This document shows, in pieces, positions 24,001 to 35,733 of a DNA stretch of 64,000 nucleotides; the first letter of the stretch is position 1; each line of letters begins with the position of its first letter. The position numbers and the translations under genes were made by a program. The DNA lies in the NCBI GenBank assembly GCA_000708835.1, contig DF237158.1, positions 1 through 64,000 of the forward strand, read 5' to 3'. The stretch comes from Klebsormidium nitens (taxonomy: Eukaryota; Plantae; Klebsormidiophyceae). Under the pieces are notes generated by a model, which saw nothing but the letters and a program-made list of their open reading frames with translations, ran no database searches and was not told the origin of the DNA.

Positions 24001-25709
24001 GCCGGGGCGGGCAGGGGCACGGGGGCAGAGGGCGGGCCGAGCCTGGAGGCGCGCATCCGGGCGTACAAGGCGGGGCTGAAGGCGGTGCAGTTCCAGGAGG
24101 TGTCGCTGCTCGGGGAGGACGGGCAGTACGAGCACAACTACAGGCACGGCACACCACCGGTCGCACTCTGAAATACCAACTCCTTGTTTGGTGGAGGGAG
24201 TAGTTACCGGGAGATTGTGAAAGTGCTTGCGTGTCCGTCGCTGAATATGGAGGCTTCTGACAGTGTCTTGCTCGAAAGATTGTCTGTTAAACGACGCGAG
24301 ATTTGATTTGACTTGACTGCTTGTCACTGTCTCGTTTAGAGTGAAGGTGCTGGTGTGAAAGGTAGAACGCTTCTCAGTGCTGAGGCACCAAGGAAGAGAG
24401 CGGGCTGGGTGCAGTTGCTGATTTAATTCCCTCCGAACAAGGTTGTTTACTGCTCAGATTTGTTTTTTATGATTCTATTCTACATGATTCCGAGCCGCCC
24501 AGATTGACCGCCGTTCGGCCGTGGTGCAGGGGCGAGGTGGGCAGCGCGTATGGCGAGCAGTCGGGCAGCGGCGCGCACTCTGCGAAGCGGCAGCTGCGCA
24601 TGCTGCGCGAGATCGCGTCGCTGGCCACGACGCTGCCGCTGGAGTGGGAGTCGTCGGTGCACATCCGCGTGGACACCACCCGCATGGACCTGCTCAAGGC
24701 CGCCATCATCGGGCCCCAGGACACGCCCTACAGGCAAGCCCCGCACTCCCACCCACCAGCTCGGGGCGCCATTTGTGAAGTCCATATCAACCTCCCGTTT
24801 CTAGAAGGTAGATTTGGTTGTGCTCTGAGCAAATCTAATCTCTGCTGGTGTGTTTGCAGCAACGGCATCTGGCTGTTCGACGTGCTGCTGCCCCCCGACT
24901 ACCCCGAGATGCCGCCCCGCGTCAAATTCCTCACCACGGGCGGCGGCACCGTGCGCTTCAACCCCAACCTGTACGACTGCGGCAAGGTGCGTCACCCGGC
25001 ACCGCACTTACCACAGGACTGCGCGTGTCTCGCAGAAGCGTCTTAGCCCCAGCAGCATCATGTTCAAACTCTATTGGAAAGTCCAAGCATCGAAACTACA
25101 GACACAATCAGTGAGGAGCGCTGGCCAATCCTCCTTACTTATGCTGTCTATTCAGGTCTGGGTTCACCCTCCATTGCCTCCCTTGCGTTAGGGCAAGCTC
25201 TTCGATTTGTTCCCCTAAGGGTTGCCCCGTAGTTTTGGTCCCTCTCTTGTTTGAAGTAAGTGCGCAATTCTGCAGGGTGCCGCCTGCCTTGACGCCCTTT
25301 GCATGCGTGCGTACAGGTGTGCCTGTCGTTGCTGGGCACGTGGTCAGGCCCGAGCTGGCGGCCGGGCAAGTCGACGCTGCTGCAGGTGCTCATCTCGCTG
25401 CAGAGCCTGGTGTTCGTCGCGGAGCCGTACTACAACGAGCCCGGCTACGAGGCGCGCGAGTCCAGCGCCGCTTCGGAGGCGTACAACCAGGACGTGCGCC
25501 TCAACGCCATGCGGTACGCCATCCTGGCGCCCCTCAAGAGCCCCCCCCGCGCCTTCCAGGACGTGACGCAGCAGCACTTCAAGCTGAAGCGCGCGGAGCT
25601 GGCGGCGCAAGTCGACGACTGGATCAGCCGAGCGGACAGCAAACATAAGGAGGCCTGCACGCAGGTCGGCGCAGAGATCATGGAGGAGCTGGCCAAGCTC
25701 GGCGAGTAG
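18091..25709 (+). CDS. Giant E2/E3 hybrid-like protein: RanBP2/NZF zinc fingers + RBR-type RING + IBR-like + BIRC6-type C-terminal region with UBC domain
   Basis: NZFs: [50 protein letters not shown]: [22 protein letters not shown]-like: CGAQGC..CAAC..TCLAC..H..C. BIRC6-like WAKGTGFG (spliced) and SLLD..R..LYLHLL.L. UBC: [80 protein letters not shown]....PYYNEPGYE. All exon junctions I checked keep frame. Confidence 0.85.
24144..24529 (+). other. Predicted non-canonical GC-AG intron (donor TACAG|GCACGG)
   Basis: This is the only donor before the stop at 24169-24171 whose phase (2) matches the acceptor ttgac...gtgcag|G. The nearby GT at 24160 is phase 0. Confidence 0.6.
24734..24859 (+). other. 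Predicted non-canonical GC-AG intron (donor TACAG|GCAAGC), 126 nt, in frame and stop-free
   Basis: Removing it restores the UBC core sequence [15 protein letters not shown]. Acceptor is tgtgtttgcag. Confidence 0.7.
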
Positions 25710-26986
25710 AGAGGAACAGAAGACGGACGGTAGAGGGTTAGCTGTCGAATGTACTTTGGAAGAGGTGCGCGCCGTTCAACCTGTGCTTTAACGGAGATCA
25801 CGGTCAGTTGAAATGGTGTAGGATGGAGAAGAAGCAACAGGCTAGTCAAACGGGTAGGACCATGATAGTTGTACGTATACACAGTCGGACTTTGTGTACA
25901 TATGGAAAGTACTATAGCTTGGAACTGGGCGCAGTCGAACCCTTCTCGGTTGTTCCACTTGTCACTCCACGCTGCTGCTTGTAGCTGTCTAAGATAGATC
26001 GGATCGAGTAAGTAATCAGTGGCCATCAACGGAAACATTTCGAGAAGCACAGGAAGCATTGAAAGGGGCCACTAACCTCGTCAAGTGCAAGGGAAAGTTC
26101 GGTATCAGCATAGATATATAGTCATCGGATCAAACGGCATTTGCCTGGCCTGAGCTACTGCTGGCCGATTCCGTTTCCCGCACGTCTTTACCGAATGGAG
26201 GCACCCAATGCGGATGATTGATTGAACAAGACGGCAAACTCTTGGCACTGCCGCGCGCGTGGTTCAACGAGAGTCGAATACATACGTAGGGAATTCGTGT
26301 TGCAACTTAGGACTTTGTCTCTCTTCGACGGGTTTTGCAGTGGTATTGAGGTGTATCGTGTCATATATATCGATATCGTTCTAATTATGATTTTGAGAAG
26401 TGGCATATGGACCCCACTCTAATGCTGGCCATCCCGCCCATTGGCCGGTACGCGACGGTATACCCTCATATCATGTTGGGTCGTCTCAAAAATCTGATGA
26501 GAAGTGTGCCCTGATCAAGTGTCCCGAAGGTACAACAGATACTTCAGTGCTTGCGTCAAATAACAGCATGCAACAATTCAGCAACATTAAGTGCGTGCGA
26601 CACGTTACTCTAGTTGTACTACTGGTCAACTCTAGCTAGCTTTAGGACATGAATCTAGCGCTGAGCCTACACTTTATTCAAAGCAAGATGGTATTCCCAT
26701 GCTGATTGCGCGCGTCTACACTAAAGCTTCGCACTAACTTCGCCATGCTGGGCTATCGACTGTTGCAGCCAGGCAGGAACTCACAAAGTTTACTTTCTAT
26801 TACATACATCAATCAATTGCCTTGTTGGCGCTAAAGCGTGCCCTTCTCCGTTTGTCACTTTCTTCGTCGATTCCACTCGCCTGTGCGCCATTGCCAGTCT
26901 TTTCATGCGACAGCTCTTTGAAATGTACACTCATGTCGCCCCAGCACCATCAACACCAACTTACAACCGCGTGCTATACAGTCTCA

Positions 26987-28588
26987 TCACTGTTGGAAGG
27001 CATCCTGGAAAGCGCACACGGAATCGTGAAAGTCCTCTTTCGAGAAGCAAAAAACGCCTTCCCGGGTCACAATCTGCTCCGGCTGCGTAAAAGAAGAGAG
27101 CGACACGGTTAAGTAACCTCGAACAGCAACCAGCAGGGATTTTCTTGCTACCAATCAGCTCTTCGTCATATGGAAAGCTCCCGAAGGTCTCCTTCAGACC
27201 AACGCCCTAAACACTGAGCTCAAGGAAGGATAGCGTGGCATTGGAGATCTAGAGAACTTATAGAATTGACTCAGGCGATCCTTCGAGCAAAGCTCCTACT
27301 GGCAGGCTTAGGATACTTGCGTCAGCAGGTCTCGATAACTTTCATGACCAGATTCATCACAGCAAACGACAGCGTCGAATGTATATCCCTGGTGTATTGG
27401 ACCCCCTTTAGCTCCTGCATCCAGTTCGTTCATCGTGCCCAGTTGACCTACCCAGACTGCCGTCCACTCCAGCTGGCTCGTATCCAGCACGGCCTCTGCC
27501 CACGTGCCCCGGAGCGCTGCCACTCCGCCCCACCCACCTCCATTCAACACGTCTTTTGCAAAGCGCCACGCTTCCTCCTGCTCTCGCTCTCTGTCGTCCG
27601 CCCAGACTGCTGCCCGGGGGCTGGCTCTGTACAGTGGGCTTCTCAGCTGCGAGCTCCTCTGCCGACTGGCTAGCCGCGGTGTCATGTTCCCAATGTCCCT
27701 CAACGCACTCCGCCCTGCTGCCCCCGCTTTTGGACTCTGACCCACGCTGCTGAGCCACAGGTGCTGAATACGAGGAACACCAGGCGGCGACCACGCCAAG
27801 CTTTTCTGACAAGCGGCAGGCGAGCATGCAGCCGGACTGATTGGGGCGACGTGTGGGACCCCAGCTGGACACTCCTGGTTGCGAGAGACCCCGACCTCCA
27901 TGCTGCCTCTCCGGGGTGACAGCACAGGGCCGCTGGGTCTTGTTTCCTGGTGCAGGCGGGGCCTCTTGCCCGCCTCTGCGCCGTGGCTGGCGGCCAGGTC
28001 CGGCAGTACCCACGAGTAGCCCGCCGAGCTGACCTTGCGCTTCTGGGGCAGGATGCACCGCTCGCTGCTGCTCGTGGCCTCGTCCTGGGTGCTGCCGGCA
28101 AGCGGCCCCTGCCGGCACCGCTCCTGCACTGCCTGGCTCCCACTCGCACTTCCCCCTTCGCCCTCGCTCTTGTCTGGAACGTCAAAGCTCTCATACATAT
28201 GCAGCCTCCCTTGCTCGTCCCCTGCCCTCGCCTCTGCTTCGTCGCCCCGTGCATCCTCTGACGTGAAGTCCTTGTTTTCCTTGGCGCCCTCCCTCCTCAG
28301 CCGGGCCGCGTTCTCGTCGGCCCACTCGATCTGCACGTGGGCCGCCCCCCCAAGCCGGAACGAAGGCCTCTTTGCCGCGGCCAGGATCTTGCGCGCGCAC
28401 ACGCGGCTGCTCACAATGAGGAGCGCGGCGCCCCCGTTGAGCATGAGGCGGCTGCGGCGCTTGGGCGGCAAGAAGTGCGCCGCCAGCACGCCCTCGAACT
28501 GGCGCTGCAGGGCGGCCTCCAGCGCGTCGGGGTCGTCGCGCTCGTCCAGGCCGGCCACGCGCAGCGCCACGCACTCGGCCGCCATCAT
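26987..28588 (-). CDS. Uncharacterised protein with an N-terminal degenerate RRM-like fold, a disordered middle and a globular-looking C-terminus
   Basis: LRVAGL..DALEAAL..F..GAALLIV..A.KIL..F.LGG..VQIEWA has RRM-like beta/alpha patterning. The large exon is 27317-28588, and a predicted last exon 26987-27082 (ttacgcag acceptor) gives PEQIVTREGVFCFSKEDF..QQ*. Confidence 0.55.
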
Positions 28589-30331
28589 TGCACGCAAGAT
28601 CGAAAGGGGCCCACCGCGTGGAGAGGGAGGCAGAACAGGGACGAGGACAGCCCCGAAAGGTTGCTGCCAAAGAGAACTTTGTGGCAGGAACGGGCTGTTC
28701 AAGGCGTTGAACATTTGTCGTCAAACTGATCCTAGTCTCTTTTGACACAACCCCAAGTCTCTGTCTGATTGCGGGAGATTGTAATATAGGCAGGCAGACT
28801 GACAACGGCCACTAGCGCCACTGGGTGCGGCGCTCTTTGGGAAGCGTGCAAAGGATAGAGTATAAAGATTGAGGCCGCAGCGGGCATGCTGCTGGCTGGA
28901 CGTCCCGAATCCTGGGATCGTAACGGGCTTTTGAGTGGATGAGGTCGGCCAGCGAGCTGCCAGCCTAGAACCGTAATCATTGACCAGGCCGCTTGTTAGG
29001 CCGGCTCGCCTGCGCTGGAGTAAATCCTGTTGGCATGTTGGTGACGTCATGAGTACCACCAGATACTTGCACGACGCAAATGGTGATACCGCATTCACCA
29101 GTGAATCATCCCACGGTCTGCTCGCTTCAGGGCACTGAGTCCACTGAAAGTGCCAACGTACACGTCTATGCATGCCACAGCAATCGCCTGTATGTACTAG
29201 TAGGTCATACATCACGTTATCAAGTCGACTAACATGCACCACCGTCAATCTGGCCCATATGCGCTCATCCGCAGGCTTCGAATATGAGCACCGTCGGATG
29301 AAGGGAGGACGGTCGTTTTCAGATTTTCTGGGCAGCGCCTTTGGCGGCAAGCATTTGCTGCACTGGATCAATGCAGTCCATCAATGATTGATTTATCTTC
29401 AGTCCTCATTGAAACGGGCCGCGAGACTCGAGGCACTTATCATGTGTCATGTGGAGAGGTGGAGCTTATTTGAGGATACCGTATTTGGGCTGAGTACGGT
29501 CAACAGAACTTTTGCGAGTGACTTAAATCTGTGTACAGGATCATGCTCATCATCCCAGACTCGCACGTATATATCAGCGCACAGCGCAGTTGGCCAAGAC
29601 GCGTACGTAGGTACCCCGACCCGGACCCCGACCCGTACTACTTATTCAGCAATTACAGCTCTGAAGGGCTTGCATACAGTTATATAGGAGACTTATGTGC
29701 GCGCTGCGTCGCAGAAGCCTGCCGGCCGGCATTCACGTCACAAATACGAAGCAGGGTACATGCTTCATTCTAACAAGGCATCGACAGTCTGGCACAAACT
29801 CGCTGTCATGCAGTGTATATATGTACAGTATCTGGACAGTATCGACGGTTGAAGCTTGATTCAACCCCCGTGCGGGACACATTTAATCGACGGCTCCTGT
29901 TGAGGGATCCCCCAGACGGCGGTCATCGGTACGGGATGCCCCGGTAAAAAAATAACCGTCTACCCGAATGGTCTTGAGAACCGGTGAAAGCCAACCTGGA
30001 AGCAAGACAACTCCAACCGTGTCGAACGGAGTGCAGAAGAAACCGTCCGGAACGACGGCCGCAGAGTGGCGGTGCGAGCGGTCCGCGTCTTCCGTTCCGT
30101 CTTCCTCCGCTACCTGTATGTTATGCTATAGGACCACCCTTTCAAACAAAATTTGGAATCGCTCATGCAGGACTGATTTTGGATTTCACGTTTCGAGGAC
30201 ACCCTGTCCCAAGACTCAAGAGCGGCCGGATCAGTGGGTTAGGACTACTTTCTCTTTCTGTGCGTAGACCACTGCAGTTGATCAGGCATCTGCATCATTG
30301 CTACCGTACATGCAGCGGGAGTTGCATCTTC

Positions 30332-33300
30332 ATGATGGCCACGCTTGACGCAGCTTCCAGCCTTGTCGATACAGACAAAAGAGGAGAAGCACTGCCTGTG
30401 ATCGACTGCCTGGGCGACGATCTGCTGTGCTTGGTGCTGGGGCGCTTGAGCACGCGGCCGCTGCTGCAGTCTCCCGCGCTGGTCTGCAAGCGCTGGTCGC
30501 AGCTGTGCAAGGTGGGGGCGACCGCGCAAGGCAGCGCCAGGCGCACATCGGGTCCACGTTGGACCGATTGCCCAGCTTCTTAAAATCCGTTGTTAGTACT
30601 TGTTCCTTTCCTTGACTTGCAATTGGTTGTTGCAGCCGTCTAGAAGTCAGAACTCCGCTGTATCTTCCGCTTGACCACTGCAGGACGCCCTTCTCCTCGA
30701 TTGCAGGCGCTGGTCACTGTATTCTCCCCCCCTCGCTTCCTGGCAAAACTACCCGCGTCCAAGAGCAGCACCTGGCTGCACCTACGTGGCCCCGAGGCGG
30801 CGCGGATAGTGGAGCGCCATGCAGCCACTCTTGAGACGCTGGACCTGCGCTACCTGGGGGCTGCAGCCAAGCACAGCCCGAGTAGCGAGTGAGGTACCAT
30901 CGCACTCTGTCCATGACTCGTTTGGGGGACTTGTAGGGGATAGGCATGCAGTCCGCACGACTGCTTGGCAATCTGCCGGGTCCGCATGCCTCGCTGGTTG
31001 CATAATGTCTCTGTGACTTGTGGGTAGTTATCTTGCAGCATCATGGTGCAATCTTGTAGCCAGCATTGCAATTGTTTGAGTTTGAGAGGGCAGCATTTAT
31101 ATGCACTCATTGGACAGCTACTGTCAGGCCTGCCATTGCGTGCCTGCCCCTATTGTGTGCTTCTCTAGGATAGTTAAGTAAGCTCAAGTTATAGTGAGAA
31201 CGAAGCTACACCAGAAATCCAAACCCAAACAATCACCCGCTCCGCACCCGTACCCACCCTAACCCCCATACTAACCCTACCCGTCCCAGTACTATAACTC
31301 GAGCTTTCTTTACCTATTCTAGAGAACGAATCCTTCTCCCCCGCCTGCCGCGCCTGCGCACCATGGTCCTCCCTGCGCTGGAGTTCGGCCGCCAGCTCGA
31401 TCTGACGGTCCTGCCCCGCAGCCTCACCACACTGCGTTTCGCTTTTGAACCCCACTCCTACGCCACCCCGGCCGCCCTGCCCACCTGCGCCTGGTGCTGG
31501 CTCGACAACGCCGGCCTGCGCACAATCCGCGAGCGGTGCCCCAACCTGGAGAGTGTGGCATTTGGGGTTTGCCATGATCGCATCACCACGACGGACACAC
31601 GCCCCTTCCTGGCGGCCCTCTCCCCCACCCTCAAGACTGTCTCCCTCCAGTACGGTGAGGTGGAGGGGGTCCAGGACCGTACGCTGCGCCTGTGGGACGA
31701 TCTAGCCTTTATCCTCCGCACATGCCAGTGCCTCGAAAGTTTGGAAGTACAGGGCCCGGTGTTCCGCCTCTATCCCGAGATCTCTGGCTGGGCAGACGGG
31801 CCAACACGTGAACCCCCGGCTCTGTCGTTCCCACCGCGGTTGCGTGAGCTGCGGCTGCTGGAGCAAGGGGATACGCGCAACCGTTTCACTCAGTACGGGC
31901 TGCGCCTGCTTGAGCCGGCAGTGCGTGCGCAAGGCCACCAGCTGCACGCCTTCCAGGTAGCGCCGCTATCTCACAAATGGTGGCTCTGGGTCGCTGCGTC
32001 ATGGAAACGCCCGGCTATTGTGGACTGATCGTCGCTGGGAAGATAAATTGTTATCAGAGTAGAGGGAAGCGCACTGTTCTGAGGGCGAGCTGCAGTCGTC
32101 GGGTTGTTTATTCATCAGCGCATGTGGTGCAGGCCAGCGCAAACCAGATCGATGGGCCTGAGCGTTGGGACTGGTCGTGGACCCCCAACCTGCGCGTGCT
32201 GGACTGGGGCAACACGTTCTGGATGCGCGCCTCCAACATCCGATTCTCCAAGGTAAACCGATGCACGTGCTACTGGCAAAGCCACGAAGTCAGTAGCTGA
32301 GAGGAGCCACGCAGAGACGAGTCTTGGAATGTTAAGGAGAGCCCTGCAAGAGGATTCACGGGTACATTAAATAGCACGGCGAACAAGGCCAGTCTAGGCC
32401 AGGCCGCTATAAGTTGCAGGGTGGAGGTGCTAGAGGAACTGCTGATGTGTATTGGTGGAACCTATTTGTGAATGCGAAAGCAGGCACAATAATATGGTGT
32501 TTGCCTTGCTGCAACCGTGACCCCTAGCTGCGACAGAAAGCACTGACCCTGTCATCTCTTAAGCTGCCGTCAAGCGGCAATCTCTCTGCCGGCCAACTGT
32601 GTGGTGCTGGTCATCCACAATCTTGGCCCCCCACCCCCGTGCATTGTGTGTGCAGAGGGCGGCCCGGAGCCTTCTAGAGACTCTGCTTCTGCTCCCCCGG
32701 TTGGAGCGGGTTGTGCTGGCGGATGCCACCGACGAGATGCTGGTGGCGCTCGGGCAGCACTGCCCGCGCCTGCGCGAGATCCACATCCATGTGAGGCCCC
32801 AGGGACGAGCGGAAAGGTCTACAGTGGATCGAAGAGATGATAATATTGCTCTTGACCGAAAGGCCTGCCCGCAGTAGTCGGGTGGTGCGCTTGCTCATCT
32901 CGTGTGCATTCAGCGGGAAGCTCATCTCGTGTGTATTCAGTGGGAAGAGGTCAATCGACGAGATGAAGACCTCACAGTGTTGGATGGCCCTTGAGACGGC
33001 TTTGCTTGCAGACATCGTCAAACTAAGGTCCTCCCTGATATTAGTTATCTCTGGAGCGATGTCCCTTCGCTCGGCCCTGGTCCTGCTTCAAACCCGTTCC
33101 CCCGGTGCAGGGCCCAGAGTTCGCTTTGCGGCCGGTCGAGGGGCTTCCCCGGTACCCGCGGGTGGAGGAGGTGACCAACCGGGGTGTCATCGCGCTCGCA
33201 GAGGGCTGCCCCCACCTTCGCGTGGTCGACGTCGGCCACAGCCTCGTGAGCGTGGGGGCGGTGCGCGCGCTGGCCTTCCACTGCCGGGAACTGCAAGTGC

Positions 33301-34216
33301 TGATTCTTACCGGCTGCCGGTAAGTCCTGCGGACCAGCGCGGACGCACTGAGCGGCCATGTGACAACGAATCTTATTGCGATTGTTTTCTACGCTTCCTT
33401 AAGTCGTGTCTATGCATATATGCCATCCTGAGGGAGGGCGGAGAACAAGGGGGCCGTTAACGCATTCGCGTCGGGGCCTCGAAGCAGCGTTTTGCGGAGG
33501 GGCGGGACAAATCTGGACCGTGCTTCTTGTCGACACAACCTGTTGTATGTATCTTTGAGAACAACAGACGGCTTGGAAAGATATGAGGACGCTCAATCAC
33601 TATCCTGTGTTTGTTTCTGCTTTGTAAGCTCAGTCCACGTCCACATATCTGAAGTTGGAGGCTCGCCAGCGTGCCGCAGGCGCCCTACGTGATTGCTTTT
33701 AGAGGGGCTTGCCTTATCCTGGATGCATGCCGCACTGCGCGTGCAGGCCCACCCCGACGCTGCCCGGCATTGCGGACGACGCGGTGGTGGCGCTGCTGCC
33801 CCGCCTCGGCTCGTGCCTGCACCTGCTCGACCTGGCGGGCACCGGGGTCACGGCCGCCGCGCTCCAAGCAATCGCCGACTGGGGACAGGTGGGCGACGCA
33901 CATGCTGCCGCAGCGCGGCAAGATGTTCAGGAAGAGCATCATCACCACTGCTTCACGGAAGAGACCAGAGAGCGGGAACACCGGGCGAGAAGGAAGTCAA
34001 CGGATCTGCCTCCCTCCTGATCTTGACCCAGCTGATCTGGCTCTGTTGCAGGAGCATCCGTTCCCGCTGCGCGTCCTGGTGCTCCCCTCGCGGCCGGCCA
34101 TCCAGAAGTCGAGCTGGGCTGCGCAGCTGAAGGCGCGGCCCGGCCTGGACGTCAGGTTCGGCTCGTCGGGTATCCGCTGGGCCGGGCTTCATGAGAGCCC
34201 GCTCCTGGAGGACTAG
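30332..34216 (+). CDS. F-box / leucine-rich repeat (FBXL-type) protein, about 8 exons
   Basis: F-box IDCLGDDLLCLVLGRL..LVCKRWSQLCK. LRR-like repeats: LRTIRERCPNLESV, MLVALGQHCPRLREI, GVIALAEGCPHLRVVDV, VRALAFHCRELQVLILTGC, LHLLDLAGTGVT. Stop at 34216. Confidence 0.88.
32893..32946. repeat. Tandem duplication (2 x 27 bp) in an F-box gene intron
   Basis: gctcatctcgtgtgcattcagcgggaa / gctcatctcgtgtgtattcagtgggaa; both differences are C>T. Confidence 0.9.
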
Positions 34217-35733
34217 TACGACGTAAGGTGTCGATGTTATATAATGAGGTGAGTATATCACGACGTTCGGTTCCACGCGCGCTGATTGAGTAGAATATGT
34301 CGAGGAAACATTGCAAATCCTCGTGATATATGCACGTTTGTGCAGATCAAGGTCAAAGCAGCCGTAATTAGCGACTGCGCATCTGCGCAATGCGACACTT
34401 AGCTTTGTTTCTTAGTTTCGGAAGGAGAGATGAAAGAACAGAAGGGATAGTATCGCTTTGCAGCCCGATGCCAGAGCTCAACATTGAACAAGTCATGAAG
34501 ATCATTAAGGATCCAATGAATGAGGATATAAGCCCGGGAGTCCAGTAACGTTGTGGGCCCGTAAAGAAACAAACATAACCACATTAAAGTCAGAGCGGTT
34601 CCGACCTGGTCTCCCTTCAAAGAATGAAAGTTCTGCAATGAACGTTCCAACGTCCCAATCGAAACTGGCCAGAGCGCGGTTCCTGTCGCAATATCACTCT
34701 TCTGAACATTGTGGTTCGATTCGAAGATCAACTTGAATACAGTGTTAGTGGCCAGCGCTTCTACTTAATTCAATAATCATGTTGCTACCATGTTGCAGCT
34801 ATAATCAATCAAATCATAAGATGCTCTCGAGCACTGCATCCACAATCGTGCACTGCGTATCCTTCAGAACATATTTCACACGTGCATGCAAACATGATGC
34901 CTTGACTGGATTGCTGCGCGGAGCCATGCCTTGAGTGATCAGCTAGGTCCGACAATCTGGCATATGCACTCTCTGCCCCCGCAGTATATGGTCACGTGAG
35001 TCCATGGCAAATGGGAAACGTTGCACTAGCTCGCTGCAGCATTATACATAGAATCAAGTACTGCCGGATATATTGGCAGTGGTTCACACATGCGTGGCCT
35101 ATATGTGCGTCCGTTGTTGGAAACATGTATGCATTTAGTATAAGCATTGACTGCTGTAATAACGTACATCAACTGCACGACATGGTGCTGCACATGGCAC
35201 ACGCCGCCAGTGAATTAATTGAGTCCCGATTAGCGTTCCCCCGCTGCCGATCCATATCATCTTTTCCACAGCTAGTACGTCCAATCGCATTTACTTGAAT
35301 AATGGACAATGATAAATCACCATATGCTGGAACAATGCAAAACGGTTACTCGTCACCGAACACGTACATTCAATGGGCCCAACATGGTGCACGTGCATTC
35401 TTGATGCAACATCCTTTGCTCATGGTCTGCAGACCGCAGCGTCCGAATATAACAAACGCAAGCTGCGGGTCAATCAAACGTAGCATCGGCCATCATCAGG
35501 TCAACAATGATTGCGGATCTTCCAGGCAAAAAATCAGGCGTATGCCTGAGCTTCATGTAATCCTCACACTTCTTCCCAAAGGGAAGCTCTTCCTGCAGAT
35601 TGACATTGGTGTTGTCTTCGACCTAACAACACTGTTTCGACATGCTCAACGAGAACCTTGCTGAAGACATTCAGAAGGTCGAACTGAGCAGAGGGCAAGA
35701 AAAGTTGCAGCAACATACGTTCTACGAATCAGA

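Noticed and set aside
31200-31300. C-rich accc/ctaaccc stretch resembling telomere repeats
   Set aside because: No regular repeat unit. It lies in an F-box intron and is best read as low-complexity sequence.
1074-34216. Three ubiquitin-system genes (RING-CH E3, E2/E3 hybrid, F-box) on the plus strand as a possible functional cluster
   Set aside because: These families are very abundant in green-lineage genomes and the genes are interleaved with unrelated ones, so chance is sufficient.
34700-34725. ggttcgattc resembling a tRNA T-loop
   Set aside because: No acceptor, D or anticodon stems around it.
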